Positions 1-13,141 of a stretch of 64,000 nucleotides of DNA are shown here, one piece after another. Numbering within the stretch: the first letter of the stretch is position 1; each line of letters starts with the position of its first letter. A program made the translations under genes and the position numbers. The stretch is from assembly GCA_040954595.2 (NCBI GenBank), contig CM082584.2, forward strand, positions 11,002,552-11,066,551, in the 5' to 3' direction. The DNA is from Balanoglossus misakiensis (lineage: Eukaryota > Animalia > Hemichordata). The notes below the pieces were generated by a model, which had not been told where the DNA came from, did no database searches, and saw nothing but the letters and a program-made list of their open reading frames with translations.

Positions 1-50
1 ATATTGTTTGTTTGTTAAATTGTGAGAGCTTTCAGTTCATCCTGCTTTAC

Positions 51-413
51 CTGTGTCTGAAGTCCAGTAATGTCTTAGTGCTTTATTGGACGGATTTCTT
101 CCTGCTTGGTGCAATACTACAGAGAAAAGAAGAAAAGGAAACACTATATTTGAACAGGGCTACAGAGAGTACCAACAACACTGCACATAGCCTCAATAAT
201 AAGTTCACTCTCATTTTATGGCAATGGAAGCTTACCTAGTGAAAGTTCATCTTTAGATTTGATGGGATCACTGGCACTATCAAAGACAGCAAGATAAGCA
301 GTTCGACACTCAGTGTAGAAATCTGCATCCTTACTCCTCTGTGATTCGTGCCCTGCACTATGTGATCTTTGACTTCCAATTGAGCTCCTGCTGCTTTTAC
401 GACTAGAACTCAT
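51..413 (-). CDS. EFCAB7: EF-hand calcium-binding domain protein 7, 5' part (coding exons 236-413, 51-116; continues off the left edge)
   Basis: Spliced translation ...FYTECRTAYLAVFDS...ELSL|VLHQAGRNPSNKALRHYWT resembles the EFCAB7 N-terminus (FYMNCRAAYLTVF...LQHAGRNPSQK). GT-AG phase-1 junction. Probable non-coding first exon with a donor near 756. Confidence 0.85.
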
Positions 414-1097
414 TGTGGTTTAACAATTGAATCCCTGTAAAAATAAGCAAAGTAAACATCACTCTGGCATTATGTATACTGTGGCATTGGGCACACTGAC
501 AACAGTGATTGTTGTCACAACCAGTTATTTCTGAAACAGTACACCAGCAGTGTTCAGAGGGTGCAATGACAACACCTTCACAATACACTGACAGAATACA
601 CCAGTAACGCTTATATAGCTAATGATTACCGAAGGGTGTAGTCTGTCATTTGATTCACATACCATAACTGTAAACAGGTAATTACATTGCAGTACACCGT
701 TTACGTTTACCGGTTGTCAGGATATCAATGGCGTTTCTACTTAAAGTAGCCTTACCTTGACCGATCTTCGGAACGAGCCCTACACAAAGTGTGTAGCTTT
801 ACTACCCGGGGGTTCGTTGCTGAACAGAAACTGGTGTTTTGGACTGTAGGGTTGCGCAGTGACTATCAACTTCTCAGAGGCAAGACACCGCGGAATGTAT
901 CGACAAGGACAGCGGCCATTTTGTTACCAGATGCTCAGTAACGCTGCGCAGTTTGACTATTAGGGTTGGCGTCCCTAGGTTTACTAAAATGGCACATCAT
1001 AATTAAGATGGGCTTGTGGGGCTCAACATCAGCTGAGGGCGCGGTCAACTTGAATTTAGTGCAAGATCATCGTTGTTGACAACTAGACAGCGAAACG

Positions 1098-4066
1098 ATG
1101 GTAAAGACGTCTGTTACGAAAAAATCTGTTCTCGTGGCTGGTAAGTGTACATTGATTCAAACTACGGGCGCTTGTTGATCGGATTATCCGCTAAATCTAG
1201 AGACAATCCGGCCAACAAGCGCGCCTGTGATTCCAGTCCCCCTCTTTGGAACATGGACCTCGATCTGGTTGGAAGCGTCGCCGTTACCATGGTAACAGCT
1301 GCAGTACAACTCTATTCATATTATTACCAGTCTGTAAATGTTTTCATAACCTTATGGTCCCTGAACAACAAATTCATTCCCAACAGTAGAGAAACAATGT
1401 TTATTTGCTTCATTTCATGTACAGGCAAGCGGAAACTGACCAACCCGAATGAACCTCCTGCCCGGAGATCGCTTGAAGATGAATACAATCACTCTCCACG
1501 AAAACCAATGCATTATAGTCAGTCTCATATTGAGGTAAGGACACACTCTCTGAAGTCAGTTACATATAATGATATAGGGCTAAATTTGGGTGTATGTCAC
1601 CCTGAAGCTTGACATCTCTTAATGGGTTGAAATTGATCCCAGAGGCAAGGATAATTAAAACCTCATTCACGCAACAAACAGACTCCCCGGAATAAAGGCG
1701 AAGAAGTGAAAAAATGCTATGCCTTTTTCACACATGAAAATGGAAGTGAACATAAGTGAATTGTGATTAAGTTGACAGATATGGATATTGGAATCTCTCC
1801 TCTAAGAAGTCCTCAGAATTCTGCCACAGAAGATGAAAGCATGTCGCAGGAAGACGCCCCCGGAACCCCAGGAATAAACAGGAGTAAGACAACAGGGAAG
1901 AAGAAAATGCCTGATGGGAGAAGTCAAGGTCGAAGAAAGACAGGGGCCAATGATACTGCTGGTGGACAGTCTACAATGAGACAGTTCCTGCAGACTTCAC
2001 TGAGGAAGGATCCGCAGAGAAAACAGAGTCTTCCCAATAGACATGGTGCAAAAAGTACTGTTGGAAGAGGCGTTGACAGTGAGGAAGACAGAAGTACAGG
2101 AGAAGACAGTGCCTCTCCTATGACAGCCAGCGGTTTCTCTTCACAAACAACAAATAAAGCATTGCCAGCAACATCTGAGAGGAGTGATGACACAAGCACT
2201 GAAAGTGACAGTGGTACACTAGAGGGCGCTGTGGACTCCCGAAGAAAGAGAAGCATTGAAGAAGTGACTCAGAAAAATGTCAAAAGAACCAAAAGATCAG
2301 GCAGAGAAGATTTACAAGAACGAAGAGAAAGAGCAGGACCAGGGTCTCACATTGGTGAGAACGTCTGATCATTATACTTCAGCGGAACAAATTTTAGCAT
2401 TAGTACTTCATACAGCATCGGTATAACCATTTACCACAAGTTATGGTATGTTCAATGTACTAACATATGTAACTTTGTTTCTTCTGATGTTCACAGGTAC
2501 GAAAGCCATGATCAGTAGCGTGGAATCGCACATGGCCGACAAGGAATTCATCAGAAGACAAGTGGCATTACTTTCACAGCCATTCTCACTGACTTCGGAA
2601 TCTCTTGAATTGATGCAGAGCTGGAAAGGTGTGTACAAATGTGTCTAGCAGGGCCCTATTCATGGGATTATTGCATCCTAGCATTAATAGATAGTTTTGT
2701 TTTTTTTATCTTATTTATCTATGAATACTTGTTTTGTATTTGCAGATCAAAGTGAAGAGAGTGAAGATAGGCCTCTTCCCAATGCTATATTGGACAATGC
2801 TGTCAGAAAATGTATGTTGGAATCAAACATGCAAGTTTGATATCACAAGACATTTTGAATTCCAATATGAAAGCAATCTAAGATGATTTCTGTGTCATTG
2901 GATTCAACAAATTTGAATTTCTTGGTTTTATATTTGAGAGGGTCATAGACACTGTCTCCATAATCTCAATTTTATTTGTTCATTACACAGTAAACCATCG
3001 TTTGTCTGACAGAGTTCAACTTCAGTTGAGTAGAACGAAACAGAGACACGTAGTGACACAGTTGGGCGAGTACAGACGACTTCTGAGTCAGTCTGTCAAG
3101 CACTGGGATGCAGTCGGCGATTCCCGAACAGGTGCCAGTTTACACGAGTGAGTAATGCATCATTTTTTGGTCAAACGAATCTTCAGAAATGATTATCACA
3201 CCTCATGCTGTATTCCATACTCTTGATTGGCTGAGACCGTACCATGTGACATAAGAAAAAAACAACGTTATATTACATGGTTGACAGAGTCTATGGCCCA
3301 TTTTCTTTCTTTCAAGAATTCTTGATAACTACCCCATGGAGTGGCCACATCACATGGATGCTGATTGGAATGAAGAGACTATGGATGAAATGGTAGAAAA
3401 AACTGAGAGGTGGGAATATCTTTACTCTGATATACATGTGTATTGCAGGAGACCAAAAAAAAAATCTGAAACGCTAGTATTTTCAACTAAATTCCAATTT
3501 ATTTATTTATTTATTTATTTACACAGGTATAGCCTGAAGAGAGCCCAGGTATTTGCATTGAGTAGATCAGTCATTGAAAGCAAGAGAGAGTTACAGCAGT
3601 GTAAGGTAAAGTATATGTTGTAGACATTGTGTAGGTCAGTGTAATTCCTTTCACATATGTCTTCAGAAGAACACATCAGCAGGAATGTCTTTATAATGCT
3701 GGTCTTTGTGTCATTTTGCTTTATGTGCTGAAAAGACAACGAGAATAATTTTATATTCATCTTTCAGACTCTACTAAATCTGGCCAGATCAGCCAAAGGG
3801 CTGGCTGATAACTGTGATTGCGATGAAGTAAAAGAAGAACTACAACGAACAAACAGGCTTTGTGAGTCTGACTCTACATACTATCTTTGTATTCTATTGG
3901 TTTAAACCTTTCACCACCATGGTTCTGTAATCTCGGGTTTACATGACACTGACAATCTGTCTGTTCTGTCATTTTTTCAGTGGTTCAAGTCTACGACAAG
4001 CTGCACAAGCAGAAGATATCCCGAAAGTCTCCAAAGAAACAACTGAAGCTAACCACTCTGCCCTAA
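1098..4066 (+). CDS. Multi-exon protein with disordered basic/acidic N-terminal half and helical C-terminus; candidate CENP-R/ITGB3BP-like
   Basis: Exons 1098-1140, 1425-1534, ~1772/1779-2354, 2497-2628, 2746-2811, 2991-3147, 3317-3408, 3527-3605, 3768-3861, 3981-4066. Phase-consistent GT-AG junctions except the uncertain exon 2/3 join. Head-to-head with EFCAB7. Confidence 0.75.
1283..1296. promoter_or_regulatory. RFX X-box palindrome GTTACCATGGTAAC
   Basis: Exact fit to the X-box consensus GTTNCCATGGNAAC, upstream of the ciliary gene EFCAB7. Confidence 0.5.
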
Positions 4067-6467
4067 ACCAGTAAATACTGGAGTAACCTTCGAAAAAATC
4101 AAATCCACGTGTATAATTTTCTTGCTCAATTAAATATTGTATTTCAGTTAAATATTCGGATGGATGAACAACACTGCCGTCTTAACAAATAACTCCATTT
4201 TAATCATGTTCAGATTCTTTGAATCTTATTGTAAATAAGTAAACATGCATCAGTTAAACTCTACATCGTAATGAAGATGATTGAAATCTTTAAATAAAAA
4301 TCATGACCACAGCTAAATTTTTGATTCTGACGATAAAGATTTACCGATGCAAATTATGAATATTTATGAAACTGCAAATCCATGGTCTACCTATGCTTTC
4401 CAAGGATTGCCTCGAGAGGGCCAAAAAAGATGGATTTTTCACAATGTTGTGATTGACCTTTAACCTACCAGTACATAAGAAACCCAGTCAAATTTTAATA
4501 TTGCAGTATTTAGATTGTTGCTATGTAATAAATTTTCACTTCCTAACAAATATTGATATTGCAGTATTTAGATTGTTAGTGTGTCATAAATTATTGTCAT
4601 AAATTGACTTCCAAACCACAAGATTTCTATCTTTTGATCGGCAGATTCCATTGTGTGTTATGTGTGTGTTTGGACAGGGTCAGAGGTGGAGGGGGACAAC
4701 TCACATCATTGTGATGTGTGTCATTTACATCAATGACCTGATCCTGCGCTTAGCAGTTTTGTGTCTTTAAATTCAAACATTGTCACACTTTAACACAGCT
4801 GATATGCTGCCAGAGGTACTTGTCGATATCATCTGCAGAAATGGTTAAGTTGTTGTGCCCAGAGTCCTAAAGTGCTTGTCAAAAATGGCTCGTGAACTCT
4901 ATGAATGCAAAAACGGCAATTTGGATCATATACGGCTGAAAAGTATGGTCAAGTTCATGACAGTCTCATTTCACATCAGAATATTTGTCTCTCACAAATC
5001 AAACCTTTCATAGCTACAGATAAGCTTCTACTGAAAAGAAATATTTTCCATTTTTCATGTCATACCTTGTCACTTTTGTGTTTGATATTCATTCCAGAGT
5101 CCAACTTTTGCTGATAGGCACTCAAGTGCCATGCTGTCCTGGCTCGCTTTGTTTATTTTCACTATGAGATGTCACTTTGATTCTATTGACATTCAGACAC
5201 CTATTTCCCAAAGAAGATTGATCAACCCATTATGGTATATACAACTGCTTTACCTCCAGTTTGAAATATCAGAATTATTTTTATTCACAATTTTTTTACA
5301 CAAAAATTGATATGTCCTAGAAGTCCTTCAAACAATGTGATTCACTTGAGAGGAATGTTTTTATGATTAATTTAACTTTTTATATCCATGTGAAGATGAC
5401 TTCCATATTAATACTGGCATATGGTTATTCTCATAAGTACTCATTACTTCTTAAAAACAAGAATATTTAGTATATTTTGTTTTAAGAAATATATTGACAC
5501 TTGAAGTATATGAAAAAAGGAGAGATAAAAAAACTGAATATTCGACAAAAAAGTTGCCCCACCCATGTCAAATTTTTTTTGTTCTATTCTATGAATAACA
5601 TATGGTTGAAAGTTTGTGTAGATAGTACAACAAGAAGTTTGAACAGCCAAAAGACTTATGAAAAGTTTCAGACAGGCAAGTTTGCATATAATCCACTACA
5701 GACTTTGGTTCAAAAAGTGCATTTCTACTTTAAATTTGGACATTTTAGATTCATAAACGAAATTAATTATTTTTATAAAAAGTCATTTAGATGTGAAATT
5801 TCTTGACAACTGGAACATAAAGTAAACTGAATTTTCTCTTCACTGCCACAAGTTTAGCCCTAAACTTTGAATCAAACTGGCCAATGCATTGTAACCAGTC
5901 ACACACAGCAAGCTTCAACTGCAAGAGTTCATTATTATCATAATGATTTTCACCACACAGAGATAAATAATGTTAAACTTAATTTACAACAGTGGATGTT
6001 GGATTGTTTTCCTACAAAGCAAATGCCTGTCAGCTGGCTACTAAAGTTGGGCTGTTTTGCACTTTCAATGGAAGATACTTTTTCCCTGAAAAAAGTATAC
6101 ATATTGTCCTCAATTTTACATCAGTATTTTTCAATCACATCTTATGCTTTTTCCCTGCTTATTTTGCATCATCTTTATTGTTTTTGTTTTTTTTGACAAG
6201 TTCTTTGATTGGAATACTACAGCGATGTAGTCATGGTATCGTCTGGGAGTTCTGCAGCAGTGCTATCAAAACCTGCATTGTCCACACCATCCTGGGGTGA
6301 TTTCCTACAAAACAAGCGTATGGGACAAGTTAGTCCAAGAAAAGTAGTGAAATAGCAAATAAATTATAGTCATATGTTTACTGTGATTCTATATTCGTTA
6401 ATCAATACAACACTGTGGTTTTTCTTTTTTAGAAGCTACAAAATCTCTAGTAAAGTGAAATCTATAC

Positions 6468-9400
6468 TCACCCTCCCTCATCTATGAGTTTCTCAAGTTC
6501 ATTAAGTGCTTCGGTTTCTTCTCCGGTGGGAGGTGCGGGCAGTGGCTCTTCTGCTTCTGCGGCCGGTGTCTCTGTTATTAGCGTCTCGGGAGGAGGTGGC
6601 AGGTCTGAGGCGTCTGCAATACTTTCATACTTGGGGGGTTCCGTGGGCATTTCTGCTTGCACGTCCTGAGGACTGGTGGGAGGACTTGGTTCTATGCTGG
6701 CCCTGGTGACAATGGGACTCTCGGCAGCTGCAGGCGGCTTGGTTTCGTCTTCGTGCCTCACTCGGGCGACGATGACATCAGAGCGCTGCACACCGCTGTC
6801 TTCCACCTCGCTCATCTCCCGAAGGATTTCGTCTTTACGCACCTGTGTGCCCACGTCGCCTTCCTTCATAGCCTTTGTGATCCACGCTTGATAGACGAGT
6901 GTTCCTTCGTCCTTCTTTCCAACAGTGCTGTGTTTGCTGTAGCCGTTTTGTTGCATGATTTGCTCCATTTCATTTGCGGGCATCTTTTCCAACCTGTCAA
7001 GCACATGCACGTATTATTTCTTTTTATTTTGGATTTTTAGATTCTCTTAAGCATAATAAGAATCTGTCTATCCACTAAACAGAAGTGGCCACTGGTTTGA
7101 CAGTACATCATTGAGAGTAGCCTGGTCTTCATACCCAGTGTATTTTAGATAGACTGCACTCACACAGTCTATTTAAAACACACTGGGTATGGAGACCAGG
7201 CTACATCAATGAGAGTGACCTACCTCTTCTTTCGGCGGTACCACACCCAAACAATGACCAGCAACACGATCAGACACACAATACCAAAGAGAATCAGAGT
7301 GATGGCCCACGGTTGCAAGGCATACGGATAAGTGTCCTCCTCCGCAACTGCTGGCAAAGTTACAGAATATCCCAACTGTTCTTCCAGGTCCTGATCGTGC
7401 TCGATCAGCATATTCGTCAGGGAGTCACTGGTCATCAGAACTTCATGTGACTGGCCTGGTTTGACAATGTAGAACCCGACCACCATGTTCGCCTCGCCTT
7501 CACACTGATAGTCTGCTGCAGAACTGCAGGGTTCTTCTTGGTATACAACCACATCTTTTGCACTGAGATGAAACCAAAACAGAATGAAGTGTAAAATCAG
7601 TTCATGTTTCTGAAAACACCTTCATCAGTACTACATGCATTAGGCTGCATTCACAAACACCTCTGGAGGGGGGGGGGGGGGGGGGCGGGAGAATTCAATT
7701 TTTTTTACCGCTAATTTTCACATGCCCCCCTTCCGAACTGCCAATATTTTCAAATCCCCCCCTTCCAAACTGCCAAAATTTTGAAATCCCCCCCCATTGT
7801 CTTTCACAGAGCAAAACACATCACCTATCTATCTTGTAAAAAGAAAAACAGCGCTCCCATGAAAAGAATTTGAAACTGATATTTCCCCTCATCAGTGGGT
7901 ATTAAAACTGAACATTGTTTTTATTTTTTAAGTACATATATTTGTATTCTGTGTTGGGAGACTTTGTAAACCGAGAATTGAAGGGGGTGGGTTTGGGGGT
8001 GTCCCCCTCCCACGTAAGAAAATTTTCTAAAATACAGAGCTCAAAGCTGCATTTTAATGAACCCGGCAAAAGCAAATTAATTCAACTACCGGTATGTTGG
8101 GGAGGACAAATTTAACCGTCGGGGCTCAAAGTTATCATGGGTTGGGGCAAGTCCCCTGACCTGGGACACTAGATAAACCAGTAAATGATTGAAAGGTGTT
8201 GATGAATGGAGGGGGTGGGTGTGGGAGGGGGTGTGCCCCTCCCACATGAGAAAATTTTGTAAAATAAAGGGCGCGAAATTGCATTTTTGTGGACTCAAAA
8301 TAAATATTTAGTCGTTAAAGTTTTCAAGTCCCCCCCTTTCAGTCCCTAAATTATTTCAAATCCCCCCCCTCACATACCCTCAATTTTTTCAAATCCCCCC
8401 CCCTCAATTCTCCTGCCCCCCCCCCCTCCAGAGGTGTTTGTGAATGCAGCCTTATATGTAACTTCTGATGCTATTCTTCGGGACGCCTTGTTTTTTGCCG
8501 GTCAACTGTACTTTTTTGTACGCATCTGTTGTCAAATTAAGCTGTGTTGAGGATAAATACTGGGCCACATAGCACATGTAATAATCTCTCGATAATCACA
8601 CATAACAGAACAAGATATTGACAAAAGTAATAAAAATGACTCCTAATGGAGCTTTAATCCATCAAGTTGGATAATAAGTGGATTTGACCAATTTGTGACA
8701 CTTACGAAACAATGACTGGGTCAGCTGGTTCACAGTTTTCAGGTGTTGTGCACCATATATTAGCAGATGTAGCCATGACGGTGCGAAATGCTGTCTTGTC
8801 CCACTGCAAGAAAAGTCAAAGGTTTTAATCACTGCAGTCAAATGTAACATATTGCAACAAGGTCACGTGGTGGCACATTGGTCGCAAATACTGACCAAAA
8901 ACTGGTTGAACATGGAGTATTAATAATTGATGACTATGCTAACAATAGTGTTAAGTTAAGTTCACTCCCTTAGTAAAGGGACTGGTCAGTTTCTTTGGTC
9001 TGGAGTGGCCGGGGGTGACCCCCGGTGACCCTTCGAATCACCAAATTCCAAAACAGGGTGACCTCCCCCATGAATCCACCGGTTCCCCCCCCCCCCCCAG
9101 GTCGAAGAAACTGACCAGTCCCTTACCTCATCATGAGGTGTCCCCAGTTCGGCCTGAACACCACCTTGCTCAATAAGATCGGGTAGAGGAGTTGGATCTG
9201 GCAGTAGAGTGGTCCCCGGCTTCTGTGTTTGGCGTCTGGTTGTGGGCTGGGCGGGCGCTGCCGTGGTTACAACCGGTGGAGGCGCAGTGGTACCCACATC
9301 ACCAGGTGCCGTTGTGGCAGCGGGCGCTGAGGTGGTACCCCCGACGGGGGGCGCCGTTGTGGCACCAGGCGCTGACGTGGTACCCTCACCGAGTGTCGTG

Positions 9401-9585
9401 GGGTCTGCCGCGGTGGTTCGAGATGTTGACGGCTGCACATCCGTGACGCCATCAGTCGTTGCACCAGCATCTGTTGTGGTAACAGGTGCTGAAAGTTGTC
9501 AAGAAAAAAAGTGTATTATTATGGAAACGTGTGTCTTAAAAATGGTGGTGGTGGTGGTGGTGGTGGTGGTGGTGGTGGTGGATGG

Positions 9586-9620
<35 letters not shown>

Positions 9621-12600
9621 CATAGACTGATGCTGTTTATAAATAACGTCACAGAGAACGAACGTAGTACTTTTGCATGGACATTTTACGCCCTGTCTGA
9701 GTTTTTTTTCTTGCTTGCGTTATCTTCACAATCTGTGATTCAAGCCACATTACTAACCACCCTGTTGATAAGATGTGGTCAATGGATCAACCATTAATCG
9801 TATATATCTCCTTCCCAGGTAACTGTGAACATGGTGAAGATCGATTTACCTGGTGACCTTTGACCCAGAGTTAAATCTAATGGCATACTAAAGATACTAC
9901 TGATATTGTATGGATTTCCTCATATGTGCGTGTCCTTGCAAAGACATCGTTATATTAACAGGTTGCTGAAATAACGACACTACAGAATTTCCATCATACG
10001 CCACTATCATTCAGCGTGCATCGGTTTTTATAAAGGGAAATTGGGTGAAAGGTAATTTAAACTGTGGAATTCGTTGAAATCTTTCCACTATAATCAAAGA
10101 TTGATATCAAGGAGATTGTAGTCTGTGGTCTCACCGAGAGCAATGGTACAGTCAAAATATAAATACGACAATATGTTCACAGCAAAAATATGAAGAGATG
10201 ACCGAGATATATGACAATAGACCTGTTCATCACCAGGGCATTGTCGTTACTGTACACTTTTTATCTTCCTGTATCGATGTCTATCAAAGGAAACACGGAA
10301 ACAATGTCTACCTTTGCCCACACTCCAAGTAGATTATCTTTCTAAACGCGTTTTATGGCTAACATAATGACCATACTTCAGAGGAGCAGTGCATTTCATA
10401 AGGCGGTTTTACCAAACGTCACAATGTCTCATCGAAGAATTGCAAACCCCTTTCATGGTTTGTACAAGTTGTGATTCATGTATTATAAAGTCTGATAGAT
10501 ATCTATGTCCAATTAGTTTTGTGTTTTTATGTGATCGGGAAAAGGGCTCTACTACATGTATACTGGTGAGCCAAACGCTTTTTCTGTTTGATAATGATAT
10601 ATAGGTGTGCAAGTGTCACGAATAACAAGGGACGCCCACCTACTGAGCACGAGTTTACACGTTTGCGGGTGAGGTCGGGTGAGGCCGTAAATGCTTACGT
10701 GGTGAGTCCGGGTCAAATGGTGTAATAGTTACAAGATACGAGTAGAAATTCTAATATCCTGGCAAAATCAATCTTGAGTTGCCCTATACTCTACAAAACT
10801 TATTCGGTAATTTATATATGCCTATTTGTATGGGTCGCATATGCAGACGTGTGCAATCTGTGCGCGAAAGTGGTACCTAAGTGTTGTTGATCGTCCGAAA
10901 ATTACAAATTAAAAGTGTGTGATTACAGACACTTCATTTTGTCTTCTCCGAGAGACATCGTGTCAAGCATCCCGCTTTGTTGATTTAGCGACACGATATA
11001 TGATTGCTGCATGCGCTATATTTGATATTTGTCTTTGCGTGTTTGTATTATGGCGATGCCGAACGGAAGAAACGGGACACATAGGCAGGTTTTCAAGGTG
11101 AAAATCTTCTTCAACAATTGAAATATTTAGCCGAATATCGTCCTACAATGAGGAAACACTTCTCGAGCAAAAACGGGTCCCAACAAGACGAGAATTTAGA
11201 GATTTTTAGCAACAGGAAAGAATGTGACCCGGTTGGACTTTATCTACTGTTCCTGTTATTTTCTTATCTTGACCGATGACCCGGTCACATAAATTCCAAG
11301 GGAGTAACTCTTCAGAAACTGCGGACGCGTTGTATCCATCAGCATAACCAAAATGTCATGATCATGCCTGGTATAAAAGCAGGTCAAAATGTCTGACTTG
11401 GTTATTTCAGTTTAAATATTATGCGTCCGTCTTTCCTTCCAAAACTTGAAGAAAATTTGATAATGGTTGATTGCTAAATGTTGACCATCCGAAATATGTG
11501 ACGTGTGTGGGTGTGGTGTTAATGGGTACCAGTTCTAAGAAACAGCGACATTAACCAGTCTCGGAAATCCAGCGAAATACACGCGGCAATCCCTGCCAGT
11601 GCTAACCTTTTATATCGATCCACAGAAACCATATTCAGCGGCGGTGTGTTTCGTTTGGTTTGACCACCTGTTGCTGTGTTTGTCTCGGAGTGGTGGGCGC
11701 ATGCAAGGAAGCTCGTTGTGTTGTCAGGCATTCTACTCTGTCGTCGGCTGTCTCAAAAAAGAGAATCATGTCCAACTTTCACTCAACTTCAAAGAAGTCT
11801 TGCTTGTGGTATCACCTCTTGGCGTGAGTGTTCTTGTATGCGACCACTCTGAAGCCTCCGCTTTGACCATGCTCTGACACAAACCATGCACAAACACATC
11901 AACAGGTGGTCAAACGAAACGCACCACTTTTTGTCTGGGGTTATAACGTTCACGTTTCTTTCCTCCACACAGAGACATTTTGACCAGACCAGGCGCACAG
12001 CCAATATGTCAAGAGATTATCAACTTAAATCTTAAGTGTTAGCATTTTTCGGCGTTTTATAAACCAAGGTGTACAAGAATTTGTATTTGATGCGGCGGTT
12101 GGTGTCAATATAGACTTCTTTTCTACAGTCTGGTGTGAACTGCATTTTATAGCGAATACACGTATACTCGTGGTCTTCATTGATTACAGCGTCCTTTCAA
12201 TGAAACAGGTCGGGCTGCTTCCTGCATGCCAACACTCAGACCAAAGTCAATAAAACATCCTGATTGTGTCATATTTTAATATGAACAACTGGGTTACTGA
12301 TTGTTAAATTAAAGAAATACTCGTGTAACGATAGCACTCAGTGTATATATTTAATACATTTGGCAGATTTAAGCAGGTTTCAAACATACAAGATATGGCG
12401 CCAGCAATAAGTGAATTGGATTTTTAAAAATCTACGGATTTACGCCTAACATGTACATGTATCTGCCAGACCCGTCCTGGCAAGTAACATGCATGTACTT
12501 TTGTGTACAGAAAATTGTTACGAAAATATGCAGGGATGTATATAGAATGAACAGAGAAATCAAGTGGAACCCCGAATCGCAATCACGTTTCGGGTTTCAT

Positions 12601-13141
12601 AAGGGAAAAGAAATTAAAAGTTTAATGACCAGTGTATATTCGTCTAAATATAACAGTGCGCCGTTGTAAATCATTTCATGCGGACTACTCGTATACGCGA
12701 CCTTTGTACAAGTTCGCCATTTTTTGGCACTCGAGGGAGCGAGGGATGCTGGCATGAAGGCGTCTACCGGCGCCGGTCAGTATTTATTTCGCTTCCCGAC
12801 CTGCCACCTTCTTAAAACCCAGACATATTCGTCACACTTTCAAAAAATGGGAGTACCGTTTCTCTCCGGGCCAGGTTTAAGCTGGTGACGGCAAATATGC
12901 GTGTTTTGGTAGCGCGGCCGAAAACTTGACTCTCATCCAATGCAAACCTGAAACACAGTCCCTCTATCACCGAGAGACTGTACCTGAAACTTAACATAAT
13001 TCTATATGCGATGTGGAGCCGTCCAGTTGGCTTTCACACAAATGAAATATTCCAGAACAGTGTGTACTTACTAGACTGACTATTACCCTGCCAGACTCCC
13101 ACTGCAAGTAGCAAGACAGTTACCAACAGTAATGTCCTCAT
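6468..13141 (-). CDS. Mucin-like type I membrane protein (signal peptide, Thr/Pro-rich stalk, Cys-containing SEA-like juxtamembrane domain, TM helix, Pro/Glu-rich tail)
   Basis: Phase-consistent exons 13072-13141 (MRTLLLVTVLLLAVGVWQG), 9127-9488 (TTAP repeats), 8706-8803, 7224-7562 (TM LQPWAITLILFGIVCLIVLLVIVWVWYRRKKR), 6468-6993. Confidence 0.85.
7109..7211. repeat. Intronic palindrome or mini-MITE
   Basis: TAGCCTGGTCTTCATACCCAGTGTATTTTAGATAGACTG pairs with CAGTCTATTTAAAACACACTGGGTATGGAGACCAGGCTA across a short loop. Confidence 0.8.
7643..8451. mobile_element. Non-autonomous PIF/Harbinger-type (Tourist-like) MITE
   Basis: TIRs GGCTGCATTCACAAACACCTCTGGAGG-poly(G) and its reverse complement; TTA on both flanks (3-bp TSD); no transposase ORF. 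Confidence 0.8.
9543..9620. repeat. Compound microsatellite (TGG)n(TGA)n
   Basis: Directly visible; explains the poly-V, poly-D and poly-M ORFs. Confidence 0.95.
11643..11926. repeat. Imperfect inverted repeat in intron 1 of the mucin-like gene
   Basis: GGTGTGTTTCG..TTTGACCACCTGTTGCTGTGTTTG pairs with CAAACACATCAACAGGTGGTCAAACGAAACGCACC; inner arms GAGTGGTGGGCGCATGCAAG / CTTGTATGCGACCACTC. Confidence 0.7.

Noticed and set aside
9209-9797. Plus-strand poly-Val/Asp/Met ORFs
   Set aside because: Antisense of the mucin exon plus microsatellite translation.
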